Positions 1 through 9,843 are shown, counted from the first letter of the stretch. The stretch is 64,000 nucleotides of DNA from Candidatus Pyrohabitans jungbluthii (GCA_002010065.2 MTMD02000008.1:288001-352000), one strand, 5' to 3'. Program-made: numbers and translations. Notes: generated by a model not told the origin, from the letters alone.

Positions 1-1
1 G

Positions 2-1390
2 AACGCTCCAAGCATTATATTCATAGACGAGATAGACTCTATAGCGCCGAAGCGCGAAGAGGTTACTGGCGAGGTTGAGCGCCGCGTCGTTGCGCAGCTA
101 CTCGCCCTCATGGACGGGTTAGAATCTCGAGGACAGGTCGTTGTAATAGGTGCGACCAACCGTCCAAATGCTCTGGACCCTGCGTTGCGTCGCCCGGGCA
201 GGTTTGACCGTGAGATAGAGATAGGCATACCCGACAGAAATGCCAGGAAGGAGATCCTGCTCATCCACACGCGGGGCATGCCATTGCCAGAGGATGAGGA
301 GGAGCGTAAGCGCATCATAGAGGACTTCGCAGATAAAACCCACGGCTTTGTGGGCGCCGACTTAGAGGCTCTCTGCAAAGAGGCGGCAATGCGCTCCCTG
401 CGCAGAATCCTGCCTGAGATTGACTTCGAGCTGGAGAGCATACCCGCAGAGATACTGGACAAGATACAGGTGACCTACCAGGACTTCGAAGAGGCCTTTA
501 TGGACATTGAGCCCAGCGCCATGCGGGAAGTGCTTGTAGAAGTGCCCGACGTAAGGTGGGACGACATAGGCGGTCTGGAAGAGGCGAAGCAGGAGCTCCG
601 CGAGGCTGTGGAATGGCCCCTCAAGTATCCAGAGGTGTTCTCCCACATGCGTGCCCAGCCGCCCAAGGGCATACTGCTCTATGGCCCGCCTGGCACAGGT
701 AAGACGCTCCTCGCAAAGGCGGTGGCGAACGAGAGTGAGGCCAACTTCATAAGCGTCAAAGGCCCAGAGTTCCTGAGCAAGTGGGTGGGCGAGAGCGAAA
801 AGGCGGTGAGAGAAACCTTCAGAAAGGCACGCCAAGCCGCGCCGTGCGTGGTGTTCATGGATGAGATAGATGCGATTGCACCTACGCGTGGCTCGGGCTT
901 CGATTCTCACGTTACAGAGCGTGTGGTGAGCCAGATCCTCACAGAGCTCGATGGCTTGGAAGAGCTGCGCGGCGTAGTTGTAATCGCGGCAACGAATCGC
1001 CCGGATATAATCGACCCCGCTTTACTGCGCCCGGGTAGGTTCGACCGCTTGATATTCATCCCGCCGCCTGACAGGAAGGCGAGGGAAGAGATATTCAAGA
1101 TTCACACCCGTTCCAAACCCCTCGCTGAAGACGTGGATATTGCCAAGCTTGCGGAGATGACAGAGAACTACACCGGCGCTGATATCGCTGCGGTGTGCAA
1201 CGAGGCAGTGATGCTGGCGATACGCGAGTATATAAGCGAGGGCAAGCCCCTGGATAAGGAGACGATGAAGAAAGAGCTCAAGCTGAAGATGAAGCACTTT
1301 GAGGAGGCGATGAAGAAGATAAAGCCCATATCCAAGGAAGAACTGGAGCAGTACCTGCGAATAGCTGAGAAGTTTAAAACATCGGCATAG
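2..1390 (+). CDS. cdc48: CDC48/VCP/VAT family AAA+ ATPase, paralog 1 (5'-truncated by window edge)
   Basis: Frame is open from position 2 ([21 protein letters not shown]1 Walker B). Contains the SRH ([19 protein letters not shown]), D2 Walker A GPPGTGKT and Walker B FMDEID. Confidence 0.96.
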   Translation, partial: NAPSIIFIDEIDSIAPKREEVTGEVERRVVAQLLALMDGLESRGQVVVIGATNRPNALDPALRRPGRFDREIEIGIPDRNARKEILLIHTRGMPLPEDEEERKRIIEDFADKTHGFVGADLEALCKEAAMRSLRRILPEIDFELESIPAEILDKIQVTYQDFEEAFMDIEPSAMREVLVEVPDVRWDDIGGLEEAKQELREAVEWPLKYPEVFSHMRAQPPKGILLYGPPGTGKTLLAKAVANESEANFISVKGPEFLSKWVGESEKAVRETFRKARQAAPCVVFMDEIDAIAPTRGSGFDSHVTERVVSQILTELDGLEELRGVVVIAATNRPDIIDPALLRPGRFDRLIFIPPPDRKAREEIFKIHTRSKPLAEDVDIAKLAEMTENYTGADIAAVCNEAVMLAIREYISEGKPLDKETMKKELKLKMKHFEEAMKKIKPISKEELEQYLRIAEKFKTSA

Positions 1391-1395
1391 GTGAC

Positions 1396-1418
1396 GGAGG
1401 GCAAAGCCCTCCCCTTTA
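1396..1418 (+). terminator. Short GC hairpin after cdc48 paralog 1
   Basis: GGAGGGC-AAA-GCCCTCC perfect 7-bp stem followed by CCTTTA, 6 nt after the stop codon. Confidence 0.4.
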
Positions 1419-1473
1419 CAACAACAAATTTTAAAGGCATAGCGATGAATATTAATTAGCGGTCGTGGTAAGT

Positions 1474-3657
1474 ATGGAAGTTGAGCTTAAGGTTGCAGAG
1501 GCGCTACAGAACGACGTTGGGCGAGGTATAGTTAGGCTGGATACCCGCACCAGGGAGATTCTGGGCATCTCCACAGGCGACATAGTAGAGATTTATGGTA
1601 AGCGTAAAACAGGCGCCATAGTGTGGCGTGCTTATGCTGAAGATGAAGGGCTGGGCATCATTCGAATGGACGGCATTATTCGTCAGAACGCCCAGATTTC
1701 CCTCGGCGAAAATGTGCGGGTGCGCAAGGCGAAGGTTAACGATGCTCGCCGCGTGGTACTCTCGCCCAACCAGGCAATACGCTTCTCCACCGGCTTCGGA
1801 GACTTCGTAAAGCGTAGGCTTCTGGGCAGGCCTCTCACCCAGGGTGATAAGATTGTGGTGGGCGTACTGGGCACAACCCTGCCCTTCACTGTGACGCAGA
1901 CTATACCAGCTGGTATAGTGCGCGTGGCTGATCGCACTGAGGTGATAGTGCGCGAGGAGCCGGTGAAGGAGCGCGCAGGGATACCCAGCGTCGCCTACGA
2001 GGACATTGGCGGGCTCAAGGACGAGGTGCAGAAGATTCGCGAGATGATTGAGCTGCCCATGAAGCACCCCGAGCTTTTTGAGCGCCTTGGCATAGAGCCC
2101 CCCAAGGGTGTGCTTCTCCACGGTCCGCCCGGCACTGGCAAGACGCTCATCGCAAAGGCTGTAGCAAATGAGACCAACGCCTACTTCATCCATCTCAACG
2201 GTCCTGAAATCATGAGCAAGTTCTATGGCGAGAGTGAGGAGAACCTGCGCAAGGTTTTCAAGGAGGCTGAGGAGAACGCTCCAAGCATCATATTCATAGA
2301 CGAGATAGACGCGATCGCGCCAAAGCGCGAGGAAGTGCACGGCGAGGTTGAGCGCCGCGTCGTTGCGCAGCTACTCGCGCTGATGGACGGGTTGAAGTCT
2401 CGTGGTAGAGTCGTGGTAATTGGCGCCACGAATCGCCCCGATGCCCTCGACCCTGCGTTACGTCGTCCAGGCAGGTTTGACCGCGAGATAGTAATCGGCG
2501 TGCCCGACCGCAAGGGGAGAAAGGAGATACTCCAGATTCACACGCGAGGAATGCCCCTCGCGGAGGACGTTAACCTTGACGAGTTAGCAGACATCACCCA
2601 CGGCTTTGTGGGCGCCGACTTAGAGGCTCTCTGCAAGGAGGCGGCGATGAATGCACTGCGCAAAGTGCTGCCCAAGATAGACTTAGAGGAGGAGAGCATC
2701 CCGCCGGAGATTCTGGAGAGCTTAGAGGTCACCCGCGAGGACTTCCTCGAGGCGTGGAAGGTGATGGAGCCCAGCGCACTGCGCGAGGTTTACGTAGAGG
2801 TGCCAGACGTAAGGTGGGACGACATAGGCGGGCTGCACGAGGTGAAGCAGGCACTGCGCGAGACTGTGGAGTGGCCCATAAAGTATCCCGAAGGTTTCAG
2901 CAAGCTCGGTATCTCTCCGCCTAAAGGTGTGCTCCTCTTTGGTCCGCCCGGCACAGGTAAAACGCTGCTCGCAAAGGCAGTTGCCACTGAGAGTGAGGCC
3001 AACTTCATAAGCGTCAAAGGCCCTGAGATTCTCAGCAAGTGGGTGGGTGAGAGTGAGAAGGCGGTGAGAGAGATCTTCAAGAAGGCGAAGCAGGCGGCGC
3101 CGACAGTGGTGTTCTTCGATGAGATAGACGCCATCGCAAGCATGCGCGGAATCGAGGTGGGAAGCAAGGTGGGCGAGCGGGTGCTCAACCAGCTCCTCAC
3201 TGAGATGGACGGCCTGGAAGAGCTTCACAATGTTATTATCATCGCCGCAACAAATCGCCCGGACATGCTGGATCCGGCGTTGCTGCGCCCGGGCAGGTTT
3301 GACAAGATATTACTCGTCCAGGCCCCTGACGCCGAGGCGAGGCGGGAGATCTTCAGGGTGCACACCCGCAAGATGCCCCTCGCTGAAGATGTGGACTTCG
3401 ACTTCCTTGTGAAGCAGACAGAGAACTTTTCGGGTGCGGATATTGAAGCACTCTGCCGTGAAGCTGCGATGCTCGCCTTTAGAGAGGCGGTGCTCAACAA
3501 GGAGAGCTTTGACGAGAAGAAGGTGGAGATGCGCCACTTCCGTGAGGCACTCAAGCACGTGAAACCGAGCTTGACAGAGGAGACAAAGAAGACCTACGAG
3601 CAGTTCCTCAAGCGCTACGAGACAAAGGAGCTGGAGCGGCTGGTGTATATGGGATAA
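1474..3657 (+). CDS. cdc48: CDC48/VCP/VAT family AAA+ ATPase, paralog 2 (full length)
   Basis: N-domain ([19 protein letters not shown]) plus two AAA modules with GPPGTGKT, hhhhDEID and SRH. ATG 1474 preferred over GTG 1465. Confidence 0.97.
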   Translation: MEVELKVAEALQNDVGRGIVRLDTRTREILGISTGDIVEIYGKRKTGAIVWRAYAEDEGLGIIRMDGIIRQNAQISLGENVRVRKAKVNDARRVVLSPNQAIRFSTGFGDFVKRRLLGRPLTQGDKIVVGVLGTTLPFTVTQTIPAGIVRVADRTEVIVREEPVKERAGIPSVAYEDIGGLKDEVQKIREMIELPMKHPELFERLGIEPPKGVLLHGPPGTGKTLIAKAVANETNAYFIHLNGPEIMSKFYGESEENLRKVFKEAEENAPSIIFIDEIDAIAPKREEVHGEVERRVVAQLLALMDGLKSRGRVVVIGATNRPDALDPALRRPGRFDREIVIGVPDRKGRKEILQIHTRGMPLAEDVNLDELADITHGFVGADLEALCKEAAMNALRKVLPKIDLEEESIPPEILESLEVTREDFLEAWKVMEPSALREVYVEVPDVRWDDIGGLHEVKQALRETVEWPIKYPEGFSKLGISPPKGVLLFGPPGTGKTLLAKAVATESEANFISVKGPEILSKWVGESEKAVREIFKKAKQAAPTVVFFDEIDAIASMRGIEVGSKVGERVLNQLLTEMDGLEELHNVIIIAATNRPDMLDPALLRPGRFDKILLVQAPDAEARREIFRVHTRKMPLAEDVDFDFLVKQTENFSGADIEALCREAAMLAFREAVLNKESFDEKKVEMRHFREALKHVKPSLTEETKKTYEQFLKRYETKELERLVYMG

Positions 3658-3672
3658 GCTTTCGCCACATAA

Positions 3673-4998
3673 CTATACTCCACCCATCCCCCGCATCATC
3701 CTCGCAAGCTGTGGGAAGCCCTTGCCTCTGCCCTTCTTGAAGCTTTTAAGTGCCTTCTTCATCGTGTTGTAGTACTTTAGAAGCTCCTTTACCTCCTCCA
3801 CCTTGGTGCCTGAGCCGAGGGCGATTCTCCTCATACGGGAAGAATTTATTATTTTCGGGTTCCTCTTCTCAGCGGCTGTCATTGAATCCATTATCACCAG
3901 AAAACGCTTCATCCTCGCCTCGGTTACATCAGCCGCCTCCTGAGGCAGCGCAAACCCAAGGCCAGGGATCATCTTGAGTATATTACCCAGTGGACCCATC
4001 TTTGTGAGGGACTCGATCTGGGCGTAGAGGTCTTCGAGGGTGAAATCTCCCTTGAGTATATCCCTTGCCTTTGATTCGTCTATGGTCTCCTTGGCCTTTT
4101 CCAGCAGGCTCTGCAAATCCCCCATGCCCAGCAAGCGAGAGATGAAGCGCTCAGCATCGAATGGTTCAAGCGCGTCTATACCCTCACCCGTGCCCACAAA
4201 GCGAATGGGCGCACCCGTTGCGGCGACCGCTGAAAGAGCACCTCCTCCGCGAGCAGAGCCGTCCAGCTTGGTGAGCACCACGCCGGTTATACCTATGTGC
4301 TCATTAAACGCCTTAGCCTGCGTACCCGCCTGCTGTCCCAAATTTGAGTCTATGACAAGAAACTTCTCGTCTGGCTTAAAGACCTCTGCAAGGGCAACCA
4401 TCTCTCTGAAAAGCTCTTCCTCGCTCTTGTGCCTACCTGCGGTGTCGAGGAGTATGATGTCGCTCTTACCTACCTGGGTAAGTGCCTCTCTGACCACCTC
4501 CACTGCGTCTTTGCTCTCGGGTGAGCCGAAGACTTTTATGTGGAGTGGTTCAACCAGCTGAGAGAGCTGCTCATACGCGGCAGGGCGATATGTATCTGCA
4601 GCTATAATCGATACCCTCAGCCCACGCTTCTGGAAGTACTTCGCCAGCTTGGCTACAGTGGTGGTTTTGCCAGAGCCCTGCAAACCCACTAGCATTATCC
4701 TCGCCTTCTGAGGCAGAGCATAAGCCTCACCTCCCCCGAGAAGATTTACAAGCTCCTCGTAGAGCACGCGTATGGTGTGCTCCTTTCTGCTCAGCCCCGC
4801 AGGAGGTTTCTCTTTCAGAGCGCGGCTCTCCACCTTCTTGGAAAGCTCCATTACGAGCTTCACATTAACGTCTGCACTCAGCAGAGCGCGCTGAATGTCG
4901 CGCACCACCTCGCGGACAAGCTTTTCATCCACCATTCCAGCGAGGGTTATCTTGCGTATCACCCCGCTCAGGGATTCGCCAAGCTTATCGAGCGCCAT
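3673..4998 (-). CDS. srp54: Signal recognition particle protein SRP54
   Basis: NG domain motifs GLQGSGKTTT, DTAGR and TKLDGSARGGG; M domain with SRMRRIALGSG; Met-rich tail. Confidence 0.97.
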   Translation of the reverse strand: MALDKLGESLSGVIRKITLAGMVDEKLVREVVRDIQRALLSADVNVKLVMELSKKVESRALKEKPPAGLSRKEHTIRVLYEELVNLLGGGEAYALPQKARIMLVGLQGSGKTTTVAKLAKYFQKRGLRVSIIAADTYRPAAYEQLSQLVEPLHIKVFGSPESKDAVEVVREALTQVGKSDIILLDTAGRHKSEEELFREMVALAEVFKPDEKFLVIDSNLGQQAGTQAKAFNEHIGITGVVLTKLDGSARGGGALSAVAATGAPIRFVGTGEGIDALEPFDAERFISRLLGMGDLQSLLEKAKETIDESKARDILKGDFTLEDLYAQIESLTKMGPLGNILKMIPGLGFALPQEAADVTEARMKRFLVIMDSMTAAEKRNPKIINSSRMRRIALGSGTKVEEVKELLKYYNTMKKALKSFKKGRGKGFPQLARMMRGMGGV

Positions 4999-5107
4999 CG
5001 CAAGCTTATAAAATATTACCCTGAAAAAATCTTATGGTACAGAGGTTTAGGAAAATTTTAAATAATTGGTGGTGCTAAACACACCACAGAAGAAGGAGGT
5101 CGCTGAT

Positions 5108-5371
5108 ATGGTCGAAGTCGAGTTACCAGATGTTGGGAAGATAAATGTTGACCGCGTGGTGGACTGCCAGGGGATGGTGTGCCCGAGGCCACAGCTTGAG
5201 GTGAAGCGTGCCGCAACACAGATGAAAGAGGGAGAAGTTGCAGAGGTACTGATAACCAACCCCGCCTCTGTCGAGGCGATACCCGGAATTTTGAAGAAGA
5301 CGGGTTGCACCCTCCTGGGCAAGGTAAAGGAAGGGAACGTCTTCAAGCTGTACTTCAAGAAGGGCACCTAA
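5108..5371 (+). CDS. tusA: TusA/SirA family sulfur carrier protein
   Basis: VDCQGMVCPRP (CPxP motif), about 87 aa. GGAGGT Shine-Dalgarno at 5095-5100 supports ATG 5108. Confidence 0.85.
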   Translation: MVEVELPDVGKINVDRVVDCQGMVCPRPQLEVKRAATQMKEGEVAEVLITNPASVEAIPGILKKTGCTLLGKVKEGNVFKLYFKKGT

Positions 5372-5376
5372 ATTTT

Positions 5377-5826
5377 ATGTTTGAGGATAAAACAAGAAGG
5401 CGGACGTTTATCGCCAGGCTTACCAAGCTCTTCTTTGGCATTTTTTCTTTAATCTCTATTGTCTCCGCCTTCAAGCTTAAGCCAGGCGCACCCGAGCGTG
5501 TGGTTTCTCTGGAAGCTATGCCGGTGCGCGTGGCGAGCATGGCGGAGCTCATGCAGAAGGGCTATGTTGCCTTTAACTTAAGAGGGAGGCCAGGGATTCT
5601 GCTCTTAGTCGGGGAGGAAATACGCGCCTTCGACGCAACTTGCACGCACATGGGCTGCCCGGTGAGCGGAAAATCTCTCAATACCAAGGGTGTGCTGGAG
5701 TGCCCCTGCCACGGCTCCACCTACGACCCGGCTACGGGTGAGCGCCTCTCAGGGCCAGCGCCTCGTGGCTTGAGTCCCCTCGAATTTGAGGTTCGCGGGG
5801 AGGAGGTCTACATCCTTCCGCAGTGA
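5377..5826 (+). CDS. Rieske [2Fe-2S] protein with twin-arginine signal/anchor
   Basis: CTHMGC and CPCHGS Rieske boxes, GPAPRGL motif, N-terminal TRRRTFI followed by a hydrophobic stretch. True start is ATG 5377, just after the tusA stop. Confidence 0.9.
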   Translation: MFEDKTRRRTFIARLTKLFFGIFSLISIVSAFKLKPGAPERVVSLEAMPVRVASMAELMQKGYVAFNLRGRPGILLLVGEEIRAFDATCTHMGCPVSGKSLNTKGVLECPCHGSTYDPATGERLSGPAPRGLSPLEFEVRGEEVYILPQ

Positions 5827-5828
5827 AA

Positions 5829-6566
5829 CTAAACCTCAAAAAACATAATCACGAGCTGGATAACCAGTATGCCCAAGAGGAGGGTGAGAAGCGACTTGAC
5901 CACATCTCTGGTTTCCCCACTTTTCTGAAGTTCCGGCATTAAATCGGTGGTAGCTATGTATATAAACCCACCCGCAGCAAGCCCCAGCAGGGCGGGTACC
6001 AAATCAGTGACTAAAGAGGAGGAGAGAAGCGCAGCCGCAGCGCCAGCGAAACTGGCGAGGGCAGAGAGGAAGTTGAAAAACAGAGCCTTTGCTCTGGTAA
6101 ATCCCCCGTAAATCAGGATTCCAAAGTCGCCTATCTCCTGAGGTACCTCGTGGAAAATAATCGCTATGGTGGTGACCACGCCCAGGTCGAAGCTGGTTAA
6201 ATACGCCGCGGCTATAATTGCGCCGTCTATAAAGTTGTGCACTCCGTCGCCTATAAGGTTGAGGTAGGTGAAGGAGTGCACCTCGCATCTCTCCTCATGG
6301 CAGTGGTGCCACCTTATCACCCCCTCCACTATGAAGAAGAGCACTATACCGAGGAGCGCATAGGTTAGAGTGAAATCTCCATGCTCCGTAGCCTCAGGAA
6401 GAAGGTCGAGGAAAGCCGCACCGAGGAGCGTGCCCGAGGCGAAGGCAACCAAGGTTTTAATCACCCGCCTGAGCACACCCTCCTGAAACATGAGGGTAAA
6501 TATCCCCACCAGGGAAACAAGGCTGGTGAGGAGAACACTTAGGAGAATGGCTACAACAACATCCAT
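5829..6566 (-). CDS. ZIP family zinc/metal transporter
   Basis: GDGVHNFIDG and HEVPQEIGDFG ZIP signatures, His/Cys loop WHHCHE, multiple TM helices. Confidence 0.92.
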   Translation of the reverse strand: MDVVVAILLSVLLTSLVSLVGIFTLMFQEGVLRRVIKTLVAFASGTLLGAAFLDLLPEATEHGDFTLTYALLGIVLFFIVEGVIRWHHCHEERCEVHSFTYLNLIGDGVHNFIDGAIIAAAYLTSFDLGVVTTIAIIFHEVPQEIGDFGILIYGGFTRAKALFFNFLSALASFAGAAAALLSSSLVTDLVPALLGLAAGGFIYIATTDLMPELQKSGETRDVVKSLLTLLLGILVIQLVIMFFEV

Positions 6567-6615
6567 GGCATTTATTATGCTGCCCTAACATTAAAAAGCA
6601 TGCGATAATAATAGC

Positions 6616-6652
6616 TAACTTCTCCATGCCACAAGCTTCACTTGCGGGTAAC
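6616..6652. repeat. Degenerate copy of the ~37-bp palindromic intergenic repeat
   Basis: TAACTTCTCCATGCCACAAGCTTCACTTGCGGGTAAC matches the reverse complement of 9843-9879 at 30/37 positions, with a compensatory stem change. Confidence 0.65.
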
Positions 6653-6715
6653 GCATATATACCATGTTAATCTTACACAACTAAGGCAAGTGGAATCGCA
6701 GACTGGTGGTGAGCA

Positions 6716-7348
6716 ATGCCTTCGGAGGCTAAGTGGAAGTCCCTTGCTCTGGCTTTTGCAGTCCTCTTTCTACTATCTGCAATATGGGGGTATGCAAGAG
6801 TACCCTCTGGCTCTATGGTGGTGCCGGAGGAGGAGTACACCATCCTGAAAAGCAGCATCTCAGCGCTTCAGAAGGAGAATGATAAGCTTAAAATCGAGCT
6901 GGCGCAGATCAAGAAGGAGCTTGAGCAGGTAAGAAAAGAAAAGGGGAAGACCGTTGGGGATTTTACATATACGGGAGAAGAGTTGTGCACCTCTGATGGC
7001 AAGCCCGTGGTCTATTTCTTCGGCACCAGCTGGTGCCCTCACTGCAGATGGGAGAAGCCCATAATAAAGCAGGTGGCGAGCGAGTTTTCCAACAGCATCG
7101 ACTTCAGGTTCTATGAGTTGGACCTGCAGAGCGCCCCCGAGGAGGACATGAAGGTGTTCCGCAAATTCAGTCCGAACGGAGCGGTGCCCACCCTTGTGTT
7201 TGGGTGCAGCTACTACCGCGTGGGAAGCGGGGAGAACTTTGGAGAGGAGGCTGAGGCAGAGGCGCTTAGAGCACTGCTCTGCAAGATAACCCAGAGTAAG
7301 GCAGAGGTGTGCAAGAAGTACGCGGGCATAATCGCGGGAATACCGTAA
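6716..7348 (+). CDS. Membrane-anchored thioredoxin-fold protein with coiled-coil linker
   Basis: N-terminal TM helix, a heptad segment, WCPHC active site, cis-Pro motif AVPTL and additional Cys residues. Confidence 0.82.
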   Translation: MPSEAKWKSLALAFAVLFLLSAIWGYARVPSGSMVVPEEEYTILKSSISALQKENDKLKIELAQIKKELEQVRKEKGKTVGDFTYTGEELCTSDGKPVVYFFGTSWCPHCRWEKPIIKQVASEFSNSIDFRFYELDLQSAPEEDMKVFRKFSPNGAVPTLVFGCSYYRVGSGENFGEEAEAEALRALLCKITQSKAEVCKKYAGIIAGIP

Positions 7349-7380
7349 AGGTATTATATGCGCGGGTATAACTTTCGTGT

Positions 7381-7785
7381 ATGCGCGTAGCTGTACTGCT
7401 TTTTCTGCTCCTGGTGCTGAGCGGGTGCACCGCACTGGGCTCAAAACATACGATTAAGCTTGAGAGTGAGGTGACGCCGAGCAAGGTGAGCATCGAGGAG
7501 CCTGAGGAGATTGTGGTCAAGGCGAAGACCACCAACATCGCCGATAAGATGGTGACAGTAGAGGTGAACGTGGTTGAAACTGAAGGGCTGAGCATTACCA
7601 GGCCCAACAAGACCACGTTCAGGCTTAAGCCCGGGGAGAGCAGGATAGTTGAGTTTAAGGTGAATCTCAACGAGGATGCGGTGCCAGGGGATTACAGGAT
7701 AGACGTCCAGGCAAAAACTACCGAGGGTGATGTGGTGCTGGACAAGGCAAAGCTCCGGGTCTACAGGAAGAAGGCGCTGCTGTAG
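7381..7785 (+). CDS. Predicted lipoprotein with a beta-sandwich (Ig/CARDB-like) domain
   Basis: Signal peptide ending in the lipobox LSGC; LKPGESRIVEFKV and PGDYRIDV are typical Ig-like strands. Confidence 0.7.
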   Translation: MRVAVLLFLLLVLSGCTALGSKHTIKLESEVTPSKVSIEEPEEIVVKAKTTNIADKMVTVEVNVVETEGLSITRPNKTTFRLKPGESRIVEFKVNLNEDAVPGDYRIDVQAKTTEGDVVLDKAKLRVYRKKALL

Positions 7786-7830
7786 ATAAGATATTTATTT
7801 TACCTCGGGAATATAATCATATAACCCACA

Positions 7831-7904
7831 GGGCCCGTAGTCTAGCTGGTTATGACGTCGCCTTGACACGGCGGAGGTCCGGAGTTCGAATCTCCGCGGG
7901 CCCA
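7831..7904 (+). tRNA. tRNA-Val(GAC)
   Basis: GGGCCCG acceptor stem, anticodon arm TCGCC-TTGACAC-GGCGG, T arm CGGAG-TTCGAAT-CTCCG, discriminator A. No intron and no encoded CCA. Confidence 0.95.
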
Positions 7905-7950
7905 CTTTTAACAAAATTTCATGGCACCTACACAACCTCTCTTTTTAGAA

Positions 7951-7986
7951 ATGTAAACTAAAAGGTGCATGTATGTAAACTAAAAG
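7951..7986. repeat. 14-bp direct repeat ATGTAAACTAAAAG x2, 22-bp period
   Basis: Exact copies at 7951-7964 and 7973-7986 in AT-rich DNA downstream of tRNA-Val. Confidence 0.7.
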
Positions 7987-8081
7987 ATTATCTTTCAGAA
8001 TATGTATAATTTATATTGCCCAGGGAGGTAAGAATCCTACTTCTTTTTCTTCATCATCCCTGGGCCTCCTCCCTCCCAACC

Positions 8082-8651
8082 CTATTCCATCTGTTTCATG
8101 GAATAGACCATCCTGTGGAAAGCGGTAAAGAACCCCATGAGTGCAAGAAAGACTAATAGGTAGTAAACCTGCCCTAAGAGGAGCCCTAATATTATTGCCA
8201 GTATCCTGAAATCCCGTGTGGCGAGACCTACTCTGCACTCTGCTCCAACAGCCTCTGCCCTGGAGCGGGTATAGCTCACAAGGAAAGTCCCCACAATCGC
8301 AAAGACACCCGGGAACCAGTAGTCAGCAGGGGCTAAGGCGATTAGAGCGATTATTAAGCCTGCGTCCACAAATCTATCCAGCACGCTGTCAAGATATGCT
8401 CCCCTCCTAGTTGTCTGTCCTTTTAGCCTTGCCAGGTCACCATCGGCGCAATCCAGAATCTGAGAAATAAAAAGCACAACTACGCCTGCGATTACCTCTC
8501 TGATTGCTATGAGATATGCGGCAAAAAATCCCACGAAGGCTGCAAACCAGGTAACTGCATTTGGAGAGACGCCCGTATGCTTCAGCAATTTTGCTATAGG
8601 GATGGAAAATCTCCTGTAAACGTAGTTTGTCAGCGGATACTTAAATTCCAT
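8082..8651 (-). CDS. CDP-alcohol phosphatidyltransferase family protein (DIPP synthase-like or archaetidyl-alcohol synthase)
   Basis: DCADGDLARLKGQTTRRGAYLDSVLDRFVD signature. The real start is ATG 8651 (MEFKYP); the longer ORF runs through the tRNA. Confidence 0.88.
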   Translation of the reverse strand: MEFKYPLTNYVYRRFSIPIAKLLKHTGVSPNAVTWFAAFVGFFAAYLIAIREVIAGVVVLFISQILDCADGDLARLKGQTTRRGAYLDSVLDRFVDAGLIIALIALAPADYWFPGVFAIVGTFLVSYTRSRAEAVGAECRVGLATRDFRILAIILGLLLGQVYYLLVFLALMGFFTAFHRMVYSMKQME

Positions 8652-8722
8652 CCCTAAGCACCACTTAATATACTCCCTATTTTTACAGATGAACGCAACA
8701 CCCACCCAATATAAGCAAGTTA

Positions 8723-8794
8723 TGGGCCCGGAGGGATTCGAACCCACGACCGCCCGGTTATGAGCCGGGCGCTCTACCGCTAAGCTACGGGCCC
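8723..8794 (-). tRNA. tRNA-Ile2(CAT), agmatidine type
   Basis: Reverse complement GGGCCCGTAGCTTAGCGGTAGAGCGCCCGGCTCATAACCGGGCGGTCGTGGGTTCGAATCCCTCCGGGCCCA. CAT anticodon with G1-C72/G2-C71 and an Ile-type acceptor stem, not the A1-U72 of initiator Met. Confidence 0.85.
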
Positions 8795-8916
8795 GCAGGT
8801 GTAAGATTGCATTGAAAATATTTATCATTTTCTCTATACTAAGGAACGACAAAAAAGGATTATGTAAGGGTGTGATATTTATACCTGGGATGGCAGAATA
8901 TACTTGGGGAGACGTA

Positions 8917-9843
8917 ATGAACTACGAGCTGGTTAAGGAGACGGCAAGCAAAATTGCACGCATGGAGATTCGGGGCGCGGCGAAGATTGCCCAGAGCGCG
9001 GCTCAGGCTCTTCGCGATTTCGCCCTTAATTACCAGGGAGAGAGCGCGGCAAAGTTCCTCTCAGAACTTGAGAAGGCTGGCACCATCCTCAAGGAGGCGA
9101 GGCCGACTGCGGTAAGCCTTCCCAACGCAGTGAACTATGTGCTCCTTGCTGCTAGAGGAAAGGGCGAGGTAGAGGAGATTAGAAGGGCGGTGGTTAACGC
9201 AGCAGAGGACTTCATTGCCCGCTCAAAGAAAGCGCTCGGCAGAATAGGAGAGATAGGAGCCAGACGTATAAAGAGCGGCGACATTATACTTACCCACTGC
9301 AACTCCCAGGCGGCGCTTTCTGTGATAACTACCGCCTTTCGTCAAGGCAAAGATATAGAGGTGATTGCCACCGAGTCGAGACCACGCTACCAGGGGCATA
9401 TTACAGCGAGGCAGCTCGCCGAGCAGGGCATACCGGTGACGCTTATCGTCGACTCTGCTGTGCGCACATTTATGAAAGAGGTGGATAAAGTAATAGTGGG
9501 CGCGGACAGCATAGCCGCGAACGGGGCGGTGATTAATAAAATTGGCACCTCGCAGATAGCGCTCGCTGCCCACGAGGCGAGGGTGGTCTTCATGGTGGCT
9601 GCCGAAACATACAAGTTCCATCCCAAGACGCTGATAGGCGCGCTGGTGGAGATTGAGGAGCGCCCCAGCGAGGAGGTTGCCAACCCAGAGGAATTCCCTG
9701 GGGTAAAGATTCGAAACCCCGCCTTCGACGTCACCCCGCCCGAGTACATAGATTTGATAATCACTGAGAAGGGCGTAATTCCACCACAGGCGGCGATAAT
9801 GGTGTTAAAGGAGGAGTTCGGGCTGGAGCTTGAGAAGGAATAG
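8917..9843 (+). CDS. e2b2: Ribose-1,5-bisphosphate isomerase (eIF-2B family)
   Basis: [38 protein letters not shown] and NPAFDVTP motifs. Start ATG 8917. Confidence 0.88.
   Translation: MNYELVKETASKIARMEIRGAAKIAQSAAQALRDFALNYQGESAAKFLSELEKAGTILKEARPTAVSLPNAVNYVLLAARGKGEVEEIRRAVVNAAEDFIARSKKALGRIGEIGARRIKSGDIILTHCNSQAALSVITTAFRQGKDIEVIATESRPRYQGHITARQLAEQGIPVTLIVDSAVRTFMKEVDKVIVGADSIAANGAVINKIGTSQIALAAHEARVVFMVAAETYKFHPKTLIGALVEIEERPSEEVANPEEFPGVKIRNPAFDVTPPEYIDLIITEKGVIPPQAAIMVLKEEFGLELEKE

Noticed and set aside
8723-8794. tRNA-Met
   Set aside because: The acceptor and anticodon stems fit archaeal Ile2 rather than initiator (A1-U72, GGG/CCC) or elongator Met.
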